Below, piece after piece: positions 25,795 to 39,706 of a stretch of DNA of 64,000 bases. The position numbers were made by a program, and so were the translations under genes. The notes under the pieces were generated by a model that worked only from the letters and a program-made list of their open reading frames with translations, searched no databases and was not told where the DNA came from. The stretch is from Eledone cirrhosa (taxonomy: Eukaryota). The first letter of the stretch is position 1, and each line of letters starts with the position of its first letter. The stretch lies in NCBI GenBank assembly GCA_964016885.1, contig OZ024743.1, positions 227,788,001-227,852,000 of the forward strand, read 5' to 3'.

Positions 25795-26520
25795 GTCTTT
25801 CACTCCTACTGCGATTTCACTTCTTCTCACCTCAGGCACACTAAATAGTTCATTCTTTATTCCTACTTCCTCCGCCTCAGTCGTGTATATAGCCGTGACC
25901 AGTCCACCATCATTATCCAACACTTCTATCAACACCGGTATCACCAGACTCAAGTTCAAATCCTCTTCACTCGTGCTCGTCTAATTGACCATAAAGCCGC
26001 TCTATCACCACGACCCCACATCATCCCTAATCGCCTCCTCTTTATTTTCCCTTATTATCCCTCCACTTTACGCCTCCTTCATAAAACCATGCGCATATTA
26101 CTCCTCCAATCCGATCCCATCATCTACTTTTTTCCCACCCACACCTCCCTCCTTCAAAAGCGCCCGCAACCTTCATGACCTTTTGGTTCACATTTCTACT
26201 CCCACTTCCTTGCTCATGACCCCATTACTACACTTGTTTATTCATCACAAACACTGCCACACTCACAGAATCCAACAATCCCACCTTTCATATATCAAGC
26301 TCCTTTAGCTAGATCTGCTTCTTAAGTTTCCACCATATCCCTTCATTTCCAGTTTCAGGACATTCCACTAACAAATTGAATGTGTTCGACCAGCTCCATC
26401 ACGGGCCTAAATAAACCAGACTACACCCTGAACAACAATTCATTTTCCGTCGTCGTACCTCCTTCCCACCAGGATAGCACTCGCCCCCACGGTTCCTCTA
26501 AATCACATGAATGTTCTCTG
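25795..26520 (+). pseudogene. Decayed Penelope-like RT thumb/linker remnant
   Basis: HSYCDFTSSHLRHTK*FILYS..LRLSRVYS and PPSFKSARNLHDLLVH resemble the PLE motifs YLxxxSxHP..IPYSQxLR and FRRxxNLRDxLV; stops and frameshifts present. Confidence 0.65.
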
Positions 26521-27980
26521 CATACATACACTGAGCTGCATTTTTGACAGCATTTTTTTTATTATGTTCCCTTAGTCTAGTTCACTTTTCACGATTGCCA
26601 TGTCTTTGCAACAATGTCTAAACCATCATATACTTCTGTGTTAGCAGTGGTATGCACTTTCGTCGTCAACCTTCTTCTTGCTTTCATTTTTCCCCTCAAT
26701 TTTTTTCTCTCTCCAATCTAATGACGGCTAGGGTTTAACTTTTTCAGATTTCCACTTCTGAGCATTAAACTACTATCTTCTATGTTACCATATTATATTT
26801 TGTCTTCGTTTTTGTCTTTTCTGTCTAATCGCCTTCTACACACCCGCGCATGTTTACAGATATTACAAAGAAAGGAGAGGAGCTGATCGTTAGATCGGAT
26901 CAAGAAAACAACGTTTCTATCGCTTATAAACAAAGATGCACATGTATGCTGAAGTATATTCTGGTATACTGTAACTTTTTTATCCACTATGTGATTTGCC
27001 AGCATTCTCACATGGAGTGCGTGTTATACAATCTATTGTCGTGATCATACTCTCGTTAGCTTTTTGTCTAACCTTATGATATCGATTGCGACTAGAGAGA
27101 CCAGTCTAGGAAAATATAAACAACCACAAATATCGCAGACCAAGTTTAATTCGCCCACTTCATTCTGCACGTGAAAACATTCCTACAATCCTTTATCTAT
27201 TTTCTCCATTTGGTGATGAAAAGCATTCCATTCCCAGTTGTCCTCACTTATTTCAAATGTTTTCGAATATGATTTCATATTATCTTTAAACTACAGTCTT
27301 GGTTTGTGTTGGAGGTGCAACATGTGGAGGGGAGCTGAGCTGTAAAAAATTTACCCAACACATGCAACCATGGAAAAGCGGATAAAATATTTATAATGAT
27401 AAATATATACTGTCTCTATAATGAACAGTTTCTACATTTCTACATGAAAAGGTATTTAACTGTATTCCATAACAGAGCATTAGAAAGACAATGTGAAAGA
27501 GAGATTGGTGAATAGTAAGTAGCTTTGTTCTTAATACACAACCTGGATATGAAGATGATTAGTTTAAGTAATCTAACCACGTAGAGGAAAATTAATATTA
27601 ATCTCAGAAAACAGAAAAAGTTAAATGATTTCAATGCATTAGCAGCAATATGATGAATATTATAATAAACTACTTAATGAACATTAAAATGAACTTTAAA
27701 GTGAATACTATAATTATCTCTCTGCTAGTCGAAGCCTGCAACAATCCAATCGTGTTTGAATAAACAATAAACAGACACACGTTAGTGTATATACGTATGT
27801 AATTATCTCTGGGTTTCACCAAGCGTGTTTGTGGCCAAATGATGCATATATGATCAAAACTGGTCAGAAGAATCTCACTTTTTCTGATAAAGAAAAGAAT
27901 GTATAGACATTTGTATGCATTTGTCCAATGTACCCGTTAAAATATGTTCTACTACAATGGATCTAATCTATAGTAGAGTT

Positions 27981-28160
27981 ATTGGCAGTATCGGTAGAGG
28001 GTCGGACGCCATGCTTTGACGTATGGAGTTAAGGTCCTTGCCATTCTGAGTTCAAATCCCGCCGAGGTTAACTTTGCCTTTCATCCTTACGTGGTCGATA
28101 AAATAAAATACCAGTAATGCACTGGTTAATTGCTGGCCTTGTGCCAAAAGTAGAAACAAT
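27981..28160 (+). mobile_element. SINE family A
   Basis: A box, B box, core and tail all present. Confidence 0.9.
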
Positions 28161-28796
28161 TATATATATATGTGTGTGTGTGACTTGCTGTGATTTACCA
28201 ATACAACGATAACCAACACTGACCATAACACTGGTTAGATCATTACATTGCGGAGTCAACGGATATATATGCATATATATATATACAAAATATTAAAACA
28301 ATCAAATCTTAGTTTAATACATTTATTTGCTGAGTATAAGTATAAATATTGTTATTATTACTCTCTCTCTATATATATATATAAACATTAGAAACAACAG
28401 AAGGCCGAACTGGAAGCTTTCTTTAAAGTTTTAATTCTGCGAAAAAACTATACATATTTCAATGGCCCAGTTTCATCATCCGATCACGATGCAAGACTTA
28501 GGCGATTTCATTAGGTGTTGATTGCAAAATTAGTTATATGAGAATAGAGGCTAGATTTGGTTCGGGGATGGCTTGCCAACTCGGTATTATTGTAACGGCA
28601 AACCATCGCTTCTGTTGTTTTTAATGAATATTTAACTCCGCTTCTGACCCTCCGCGAGATACCACATCTACGATGGAAGATGTGCATAACGTCGAGTGTT
28701 TTAATGTGTTGCATCATCGTCTACTAACCTGAATCTCCAGTTCTACACATTGGTAAACAACTTAACATAAATGGTACATATATATATATATATATA

Positions 28797-29100
28797 GTGG
28801 TTAGTATGTTGGGCTTGCAATCGTGAGGTTGTGATTTCGATTCTCGGATCGGATGGTGCGTTGTGTACTTGAGCAAGACGCATTATTTCATGCCACTTTA
28901 GTTTACTCAGCTGTAGAAATTAGTTGCAACGTCGCTGGTGCCAAGCTGTATCAGCTATTGACTTTCCTTTGGACAACATCGTTGGTGTGAACGAGGGAAC
29001 GTGTATGTATGGGTGACTGCTGGTCTTCTACAAACAACCTTGCCCGGACTTTTCCTCAGAGGCGAACAATCTAGGTACTAATACCAAGGGCATTCTTGAC
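28797..29100 (+). mobile_element. tRNA-derived SINE family B (CORE-like TTGTGTACTTGAGCAAGAC)
   Basis: Homologous to 16100-16400. Confidence 0.72.
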
Positions 29101-29451
29101 CGAAAGGGTCTTTATATATATACATACACACACACACACATATATATATATTCCGAAGAAATTTTTTGGTAAAAACATGCAATCGAGAAGTCCTTGATGC
29201 ATTTGTTGTTGTTATGAGAACGGTATCCTCAGATGATACCAGATTTTTTTTTATATGTCGCCAGCAGGAAAAACACACGTCCTATTGCTTGTGTGCCCAT
29301 CAGATATATTGCATGGAGAACCGTGGAAATAATTATAATGATTAAACGATTTATGAAACCTCAGCATCTTATTTTGTTATTCTATTATATATATGTGTGT
29401 GTGTGTGTGTGTATATGTATATAACAAATTTTATAAAGAAATCACCAAGAA

Positions 29452-29494
29452 ATCACTGATGATTTCCTTCGAATGAAACAGTTCTTGTCCTGTA
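29452..29494 (+). ncRNA. Hammerhead-like motif
   Basis: CTGATGA-tTTCcttcGAAt-GAAA-CAGTTCTTG-TC; stem I weak. Confidence 0.45.
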
Positions 29495-29903
29495 GAAGCC
29501 ATTTCTATATTAAAGTTGTTGTATATACTCAACTAATGTATTGAGTACCTTACTTACAGTGGTTAGCTCAGATTGAACACAGGACTCATGTATATAATAA
29601 TATATAATACCAAAATAGATATTAAATATTCATTTTATTATGGCTAAATAGTGAGTCTTCATACTCATTGACGTCTCACAGAGTCAAGCAGGGAAAACAC
29701 TAGAATGAATATATATATATATACGCACACACATATATATATATACACATATATATATATACATACATATATACACATATGTGCATATGCATATAAAGAG
29801 AGAGAGAGGGCATATACCAGAATGCTTGATACTCGGGAAGGAGAGTGTTAATATTTTAGAGAGATAGTTGAACTCAGCCATCAGGCCCAGAATCTCTACT
29901 ATA

Positions 29904-29945
<42 letters not shown>

Positions 29946-29949
29946 CATA

Positions 29950-30262
29950 CAGTGGAACCTTGGTTCATGAACTTAATTCATTCCTAAAGTCCATTCATTA
30001 CCCGAAATGTTCTTAAACCAAAACTACTTTTCCCATCCAAAATGTTGAAAAATAAATACACTGAGAGAAACTGTGTGTGAAAGACAGCTAGATATCACCA
30101 TAGTAACTAACTACACAGCAAGTGATGCTTTTCTATTGATATTCCCAACTGTTGTTGTCGGCTTGCATGTGCGTTACTCAAGACACCATTCATCAACCAA
30201 GATGTTTTATGTTCTGAAACATTATTTGTGATGAAAGGTGTTCGTGAACTGAGGTTCCACTG
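29950..30262. mobile_element. Tc1/mariner-superfamily (pogo/Tigger-like) MITE
   Basis: 23-bp TIRs CAGTGGAACCTTGGTTCATGAAC / GTTCGTGAACTGAGGTTCCACTG; TA on both sides. Confidence 0.88.
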
Positions 30263-30984
30263 TATATAGAAATTATTAACAGCAATTTAAGCAGGAGTAC
30301 TCACATAAACACCAAGGTTGACTTGGACCACAGTATGTGATCCTGGATTCTCAGAACTTTCCAGTTTAGAGAAATTTATAAAATCCTCCTACTCTACTCA
30401 ACCTTAGCCCAACCCCACATGTACTGTTGTTCGCTGGGGTCTCCTCACATGAATCAATGTATGAAGCACTCCTAAGGTCAAGTACAAAAAAAAGATAGAC
30501 AGTATGACAGGCCTTAATTATTAGGGTGAACTAGAAAAACTCAAACTCTACTATCTTGAATGCCACCATGAGCACTACATTATCTGTATGATGGGGAAAA
30601 TATTCCATTAATATTGCCCAAATGATGTTGGTATCCCCTTTCAAAATAACCTAAGGCTTGTTTCCCATGCTATCTGCCCACTACAACAATCAAACTTGCA
30701 TCTCATAGCAATACAACACAACTACTTCAACTGAACTGGCCCCACTCACTTTCATATCATACTAAAATACATCAAGACACAAACAGAACCCATAATATTT
30801 TAAAGATTCCTGGATAAACCTCCTACAATTAGATAGATGCCTGAAAACAGCATTTAACTTAAGTGGGCTATGGTGTTGAAAAAATGTCTAGGTTGCAAAC
30901 ACATAATCTGAAAGACGTTACTAGATTGTGGGTATTATTTTAGACATGTCCTAGACCAACACCAGCCAAAACCTATCAAAATTA

Positions 30985-31170
30985 TGTGGATTGGCAGTAT
31001 CGGTAGATGGTCGGACGCCATGCTTTCCAGCATAGTTACGTCCCTTTACGATCTGAGTTCAAATCCCGCCGAGGTTGACTTTGCCTTTCATCCTTACGGG
31101 GTCGATAAAATAAAGTACCAGTAATGCACTGGATAATTGCTGGCCTTGTGCCTAAAGTAGAAACAATTAT
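30985..31170 (+). mobile_element. SINE family A
   Basis: Near-identical to the copy at 4079-4268. Confidence 0.9.
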
Positions 31171-31192
31171 TTATAAATATATGCAAAACATA

Positions 31193-31320
31193 TATTTAGG
31201 AAAAATACATACCTTAAGGTGGAAAAGTTCTTATTTTGCTTCAGTTTACAAACTATGAAATGGTACCATAAGTAAAATAAGAACTTTTACATCTTAAAGT
31301 TTGTACTTTTTTCCTAAATA
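31193..31320. repeat. Imperfect inverted repeat (~50-bp arms)
   Basis: TATTTAGGAAAAA...AAAAGTTCTTATTTTGCTT / AAGTAAAATAAGAACTTTT...TTTTTCCTAAATA. Confidence 0.8.
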
Positions 31321-31624
31321 TTATATGCTTTATATATACGTACAAAATACTCTGTGTTTCCCTAATGATAAATGGCTTTTTCTCTCTTGAAATATGCATT
31401 TATCTTTTCACTAGACAAATGCCCATTGAGCTTTTCTACTGACAAACATAATCATCATACATATTATATATATATGATATGATACCTGAACTTAATATAT
31501 GTATATATATAGGGATTGTAACATCCAGTTACTGTAGGTTCACCAGAGTGAGCACTCAATGCATAGATTTCAGTAAGTATAGAGGTATAGTACTAAGCAG
31601 AATGTAATAATAATAATAAAAAGG

Positions 31625-31774
31625 ACGATTTGTTATGTCTTCATTACGTTTATTGAGTAGTGATGAGCTTTTCATTCCAAACTGGGCTAGATCGATACAG
31701 ATCGAACCTGGAGCTGATCAATAGCTAAACGTGGGTCACTACTCAATAAACTTAATGAAGACATAACAAATCGT
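31625..31774. repeat. Inverted repeat (39-bp arms) enclosing a degenerate hammerhead core
   Basis: ACGATTTGTTATGTCTTCATTACGTTTATTGAGTAGTGA / TCACTACTCAATAAACTTAATGAAGACATAACAAATCGT; interior gTGATGA-GCT...AGC-tAAA-CGTGGG-TC. Confidence 0.85.
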
Positions 31775-31808
31775 TTTTATTTTTGTTGTTATTATTATTA
31801 TTATTATT

Positions 31809-32204
31809 GTGCGTTATGGTCTGGTTCCTTACCACAATTCCTTTGTATATATATATATATATACATATATAAATATATATATAACCCATGGTAGCATGTA
31901 AATGGATGTTAAATGATGATGATATATATATAATAATAATAATAATTGTTTCGACTTTTGGCACAAGGCCAGCAATTTCCCAGTGCATTACTGGTACTTT
32001 TGTTATCGAACCGTAAAGATGAAAAGCAAAGTTAACCTTGGCGGGAGTTCAAATCCCGCCAAGGTTAACTTTGCTTTTCATCTTTACGGTTCGATAACAA
32101 AAGTACCAGTAATGCATTGGGAAATTGCTGGCCTTGTGCCAAAAGTCGAAACAATTATTATTATATATATCGTCATCATTTAACATCCATTTCCATGCTA
32201 CCAT

Positions 32205-32259
<55 letters not shown>

Positions 32260-32296
32260 CAAAGGAATTGTGGTAAGGAACCAGACCATAACGCAC
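31809..32296. repeat. ~490-bp fold-back inverted duplication centred on a SINE B box
   Basis: Arms 31809-32046 and 32054-32296; 7-nt loop GTTCAAA. Confidence 0.95.
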
Positions 32297-32611
32297 CAGA
32301 GTACTCAATACTTAGGGTAGTAGAGTGGGTAATAGGAAAAAGTATATAGCCGTCGAAACGGCTTGAGCTCTGCCTTTGGGGTCATACTTTTTCCTATATA
32401 TATATATAAACATATTACACACAGACGAACATGCCAATAAATGTATATAAGAACATAGTTAACACAAAAATCAAAAGAAACACACCAAAATAAAACAATA
32501 TTTTTTTATTAATTAATTAAGAAGACAAATAAAACAAAACAAGATTAACTGAACAAACTAAATAATTGTTGCAAGCAAAAATTAAAATGTCAACTTTTGG
32601 ATTAGAAGATT

Positions 32612-32848
32612 TGTTGTTGCTGTTGTTGTTATTGTGTAGCCCAAAGTCAGCCCTGATTGAGCAGACCTATGATCAAAGACATTCGAACAATTACTATGCC
32701 GTCTTCTTAAACATTTTTTCCAGGTATAGAGTATTCTATACTACACTATCGTAAGTGTCATTTGTTAAGACGGTCGAGTGTATGGTTTGTTTTAAGGGAA
32801 ATTTGTCTGCTATTTCTTGCAGATCATATGGCCATGTAGATGCTCATG
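32612..32848 (-). mobile_element. Interspersed retroposon with (CAA)n tail (family C); second copy at ~56645-56845 (+)
   Basis: TAGCCC.A.GTCAGC.CTGAT..AGCAGA.CTATGA.CAA is shared between the two loci in opposite orientation. Confidence 0.6.
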
Positions 32849-33511
32849 TAGATATTTGTTTGTATTCTTTTTGTTTTGGTTTTTGTATTTTTTTTTTACA
32901 AAAGGAGGGAAATATTTGGGCAGGGCAGGGCATATTGTACTTTGATTACGTGTATTTTAGTAGATTTGTTAATGTCAATAGAATTAATTATTTATTAATT
33001 GATTAGGTAATTATTGTTAGGCAACACCAGAAGAAAAGAATAAACAAATAAACAAACAGAAGAAAAACAAAATAAAAATAAAATATAACTTTTTCACAAA
33101 AATATGAGAGGAAAGCATGAATAAGTAATAATGAAAATAAAAGGTAAATTATAATAAAAACATAAACAAAAAACACAGGGGGTGGTAAGTTTGGTGTAGT
33201 GTAATGTGGAATTGGTTAAGACTATACCTTATATGTATATATATATATATATACATTTTCGTATGTATATACATATTCATAGATGTATATACATATATAT
33301 ACATATATTTATACACACACATGCATATATATATATATATATATGTGTGTGTTTGTGTGCGTAAACTATATTTTGAACATGGGCATATATATATATACAC
33401 ACACACACACACATATACATAATATACATATATATGCATACATCTAAATACAAATACATGAATATATATATATACACTAACATATACATGCACACATGTA
33501 TATACAAATAT

Positions 33512-33542
<31 letters not shown>

Positions 33543-33587
33543 CATATATATATACACACATATATATATGTATTTATATGTATGTAT

Positions 33588-33633
<46 letters not shown>

Positions 33634-34139
33634 TATAAAAACATATGTGTGTTATAAATGTAAAATGTGTCATTTTACTTCATTCATCAATGGTAAGAAA
33701 TACAATATTCCTTATTTTTTAAAATATTTTTTTTTTGTTTTTGGTACAAAAATAATTCCAAAATATACCCAAAGTGTTATGTGGTGGTAGGGGTTGACCT
33801 CACAGAAAAGGGAGCTGATATTAATATTGGTTTCCTTTACTAATGGGAGGGATAGCAGGCCAGGACAGAATAGGACAAATATTTACAGCTTCATGAGCAT
33901 ATGTTTAAGTGTGTGTATACAAGCATATATATATATACGTTAAGAGCATATATTTATATATATATATATATATATAATTTGTTTTTGCTCTTAACGTGGT
34001 GGATACCTAAGTGTATTCGTAAGTGAATAATAATATTGTGATAATATCATATCATCAACAAACTGAATATTGATGATATCATGATATTATTATATTATTA
34101 TTATTATTATTATTATTCACTCAAGAAAAAATATATATC

Positions 34140-34175
<36 letters not shown>

Positions 34176-35813
34176 TAGATATATTTTGTTGATAGGCCTC
34201 CGTTAGTTCCACTTGATATGATCAATGAAAGAGCGTGTTTGTGAAATTAACATGCAAGTGGCTGAGCATTCTACAGACATGTGTACCCTTGACTATGTTT
34301 TCATGGAGATTTAGCATGATATAGTGACTTATTTGTATAATTCATTTATTCCAGAATGGACTGGAGTAGCCAATGGGAAATATCTTGCTCAAGGACACCG
34401 TGACATACTGAGAATCAAACTCACAACCTTACTATCATAAGCTAACCACTAAACCATATATATATATACACACACACACACAACAATTTGCTTGTCAATG
34501 ATAGTAGACAGATTCAACAAATTGAAGGGCAACATAATATTGTTGTATTGATAGTTATAGTGAGTTTTGCTGGTATTAGTAGTTGTATTACTAGTATAGT
34601 AATTTTAGGAAAATATTTCTTTTCTTGAAATAAAATAGCTTGCATCAATGTGCATGCCTAGAACTTAAAAGGATACAAATTACAAATATGGGGAATTGTA
34701 CTTGTTAAGCAAGTTACTTGATCAGATACACTATGTTGAAACTAAAGCAATTACATCGTTTAGCCATTCAAAAACACACAAAATCAGTTAACTTGACTTT
34801 ACATTTAACCTCTATATCTTGTTACCTGTGTCCCCCTCCAGTAGGATGGTATGGACCTATTTGACCTGGTGTAATTTGAACTTGAAACATAAAATAATAT
34901 TATAACAAATATTCACACACACATATATACGTACTTGTAGATATACACATATATATAAGATGCTACTAATTCAGACTAACATTATCAATATTCAACTTCA
35001 TATTCTTTAAAAAAGTAGAGTATATATTATTTAAAAATATGTAAGCCCTATGGTTAAGCATAAACCACTGTTTCACTGGTAGAGTGGGAATAGAATTCTT
35101 ACTCTACCATCAAAATGAAGGTTTGAGCTTTCACTGTAGGACTTACATCTTTTGAATGATTTATATGTATGTGTATGTCAACATGTTTGTGGGTGTGCAT
35201 ATATATATATATTTATATCTGTATGTGTGTTCAGCATTTTTTTTTTCTTTATTTTGATAAAAGAGAGTGAAGTGTCCATGATAAATGTTATGGCCTTCAA
35301 GACTGGTGTGAGAAAGAACAGAGGAAATTGTCTTGCCCACAAGACTGGAGACCTGGACACAGCTAAAGATCTGCAGGTGGTGGTGTTAAATCAAACAGGA
35401 TTAAGTGTGTACACCCAACAGAAAAATGGGTGTCAAACTCAAATAGCAAATGAAACACAATTTTTTAATATTTATTCAGAAATATATTTTAAAAAATAGA
35501 AAGAAAAAAAAAATAATAAATAAAATAACAGTTTTTTGTGAAAGAAACTATTTATTGTTGATCATTTCAGACGGGGTGGGGAAAATAAAAGAGAGAACCA
35601 GACAGCTTTAGAACATGGTTTGGAAAGTAATAATAATAATAATAATATTAATAAAAATATTAATAATAATAAAATGTTAATTAAAGACTAGCAAGACCAT
35701 TATTCAATTTAGTAGTCTATAATTTAAAGACAGTAGAATGTAGATGGCATTTAATACATGTAAATCCTGTTAGGGTTTACATTTATTAAATTATATAAAT
35801 ATATATATATATA

Positions 35814-35896
<83 letters not shown>

Positions 35897-36397
35897 TGCA
35901 TATCTTAACTCACAAATTTGTATATACATATATCAAATACTAATTTTAGCTAATTATAACTGACAGAATTAGATGAATGAGTCTAATAAACAGAAAAGGT
36001 GATTGGGCATGGCAGGGAGGAAACCAAAAGGCCCCTTACATACACTAAAACCATATTCCAACACTAATCCCAAAGGAACAGCAAAAATAAAATAACATAA
36101 AAAATTCTTGGAATGCATCTGAAAGCTTTTTTTTCACTATTTTACTTTTGTTCCATTCAAACCTTTGATCACTATGTCCGTAATATAAAACTTCATCATC
36201 GATTTACAGAGGATTTGTTGGCTGAAGTGAGTTTACTTTGAAGGATGACATTTAGAAAGCAATGCCATATATCTATTGAAATTAATGTATGCTTATATAT
36301 AAGCATTTGTATATATTTAAGCTGCAGACACTGATTTTAAATACACACATGTACATACATATATGCATATGTGTATGTTCTTAAATATATATAGGCT

Positions 36398-36438
<41 letters not shown>

Positions 36439-37199
36439 ATGTATTTATATATATATATATATTTGTGATGGAGTTTGGGAATTATAGTATATCTATATTT
36501 GGCTTTCTAATCCGTTATATTACTTTTAAATCTCCATTTTCAGTCCCCTTCATTTCTCTTTTATCTTCCCCCTTCCTATACCAGCACACAAATTTAGTGA
36601 AGAATTGCTATTTGATTTGACCTTATTCCATACTCTCCTGTCCTTATCTATTTCTCATCCCTATTGAATTTTAACACTACATTTTCTATTAAATCTCTAT
36701 AATGTGGAATGACATTAGGTTTTGTCAATATTCAGTACTTACTAACATGATTCGCTGTCTCTGTTGTGAGCTTTCATGGACATCTATGACATACTATCCC
36801 TCATGACTATTGCTATTCATTATCCCTCCCGTACCATCAATCATCTTTATTGTTATCCTCCAATTCTCACGTTATACTTTCTTCTAACACTACCTATTGA
36901 TATTCTCCCTCCTCAACAACATGCATACCCCATTGCTCCTTACTTCACTTATCTTTCATTTTAATTTTATTCAATGTATTTACCAACAACCAGCATGCAG
37001 CTGCCTATCGCTGCATCATTTCTATTAATACTTGCAACACTCTCACCACTATTACTATTTCCCCATCACATTCATACTCATACTCTAGCTGAATTCAACA
37101 TCTTGGTCATCACACTCTATTCAACTTCTCAATCATATTTGCATTGAATAAACAGAAACAAAGTACTGAGGAGACTTCTGTCTTGCAGAATACAAGGAA

Positions 37200-37397
37200 A
37201 TATTTTGAGTGTTGGTGCCATGACAAAATGCAGAAAACCTACTACATGGGGTGAACCAGTTGGTATTAGGAAAGGTATCCTATGGAGCTTACCAGCAAGA
37301 TGTAATCCTCCAGCCCAACAGGAGGGGCAATTATTGATTCACAAAAGGCCAACCAGTCCGGCCCATGCCATCATCGAAAGCAAATGATGTTGATGGT
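37200..37397 (+). mobile_element. Old SINE 3' part with (ATG)n tail (family D)
   Basis: GTTGGTATTAGGAAAGGTATCC...CCCATGCCATCATCGAAAG...ATGATG; related tail at 31883-31922. Confidence 0.5.
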
Positions 37398-37814
37398 ATA
37401 TACTACAGTTCTCAAAAATTAAAAGCCTAAAGATCTTAGTGAAAATATATAGGAGAATAAAAATAATTTGTGTGCAATTTTCTACAATTACATTCTACCC
37501 TTCTTCATACTTTTTCTTTAATTTTATCTTATACATTGTTTGTTTTCCTGAGAGATATAGAAAATTAGGCCAAGAAAGCTAGAGATAAGGAGGAAAGAGG
37601 TGATAATACATAAACTAGAATATCACATGAACATGTGAAATCGGCTGGTTTTATGATCAACAGAGGGTCAACATAACAAAACAAACTGGCTAATGTTTAC
37701 AAAACTCATTACTTAACTATAAAGTAATACTGCAGAGTGAAATATATATATATATACATACATATATACATATATACACATATAAATATATATATACATG
37801 CAACACACACACAC

Positions 37815-37861
<47 letters not shown>

Positions 37862-38363
37862 ACACACACACACATATATATATATATATACATATAAATA
37901 TATATACATACAAATATATATACATACACAAACACACACACACACACATATATATATGCATATTTATAATAAAAACAAATTCAGTTTTCTTGTATTCCCA
38001 GTCCCAACATCATCATCTTTAGCAGTTAATTTGATTTGGGGAATAGGCAGAGTAGAATTGATTGCATCAACAGTACTTATATTACTAACAACCTTACTTA
38101 TTTTACTAAATCCCCATGAATGATAAGAGTGAATGTTGGCCCAAATTACTATTCAATGATAAGAGGAGACATGAGTTTTATATATTGCTAGGCATTTTAG
38201 CCACACACTACTGAATGTTCCTTATAATAAATTAAAAAACTAATCATAATAATATTGAGTTCTAGTGTAGACACAAGGCCTCAAACATGGAAGGAGAGGA
38301 TAGGGTTGATTAAATGGACCCCAGGACTTGACTGGTATTCATTATATATATATATATATATAT

Positions 38364-38856
38364 CAGTGGCGAAGGGTAACCAAGAAAGTAGGGCATGCAG
38401 TCCAATCGCCATGGCGGAAAGTGGGGCTGTGCAGCCCCCCCCCCCCCTCCCCCCAAGAAATTCCCTCTAGATGACCCTCCCAGTCAAAGCCGCATGTAGT
38501 CTTATCTAGTGTTGTGTGTGTGTGTTATCTTTTTATGTGTCTTCGAATTAGTAAGCAGTCAAAATTCTACTTGCCCCAAAGCTGTCGTGTGTTTGTGTGT
38601 ATATGTGTGTGCATGTGCGTGTGCATTATCTTTTCATGTGTCTACGATTTAGTAAGCAGTCAAAATTCTGCTTGCCCCAAAACTGTTGAGTGTTTGTGTA
38701 TATGTGTGTGTGTGTGTGTGTGCGTTATCTTTTTATGTGTCTATACGTTATAGTAAGCAGCCAAAATTGTGCTTGCTTCAACCGACGCAATTGATCAACT
38801 CAAGATTCTATAACTCATGCACTGCATGCATTGCATGCATGGACCCTTCGCCCCTG
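38364..38856. mobile_element. hAT-like MITE inserted in (TA)n, with three internal ~100-bp tandem repeats
   Basis: TIRs CAGTGGCGAAGGGT / ACCCTTCGCCCCTG; internal TTATCTTTT.ATGTGTCT...AGTAAGCAG.CAAAATT x3 (38520-38775). Confidence 0.8.
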
Positions 38857-39598
38857 ATATATATATATATATATACTACTCTAAGTATCGAGTACTCTGG
38901 TGTGTTATGGTCCACCTGGTATCTTGCCACACCTTCTTTATATATATATATATATATAGATAGATAGATGTATATGTATGTATATAAATAAATATATATA
39001 TATATATATTACATAGTTGTATAGATTAAGTGTCACATTGACAGCCCAGGTGAATTTCAACAGAGAATATATGAGGGCATTAATAAATAACATACCTCAT
39101 ACCTCAAACTATATTATTCGCTGCTTTACCGATTCTGCTAGTCAACAACAACAAAAATAATGGTAATAATAATAATAATCATAATAATAATAATAATAAT
39201 AATAATACCATAAGTGACATAAATTAAACATTCTAAGAAATTTACAATAAGATTTGTGAGTATATATGTGTCTTCCAAACACAGTTCTATTTACTTGGCT
39301 ATCTAGTCAACCCACTTGAAATAGTTTCATCATTTTTCGGCTTATATATTGCCTCTATATAGGAAGCGCTTCTTTAGTTGGTAGGTTTGCCATTTATATA
39401 TTTATTTACTTATTTATTTCACAGATTTTTTTAATTATTTAATTTATATATTATTTTTTTTTGCTTTTGGTAAAAGCAACATATGTAAAAAAAAATTTTT
39501 TTTCAAATGGAAATCTTTTAAAAAGACACAAAATTGTCACAAAGATAATTTTGTATGAGTGTAAATAGGTATGCATGAATGTATGTATGTATATATAT

Positions 39599-39706
<108 letters not shown>

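Noticed and set aside
27070-30895. Further faint HHR-like traces (~27070, ~28450, ~30840; also ~11820 and ~49720)
   Set aside because: Core changes or missing stems make them indistinguishable from chance by eye
33937-34120. Two small inverted repeats around AT-rich tracts
   Set aside because: Short, low-complexity arms; probably local fold-backs with no independent feature
38520-38775. Spaced repeats resembling a CRISPR array
   Set aside because: Eukaryotic MITE-internal tandem repeats with microsatellite spacers; no cas genes
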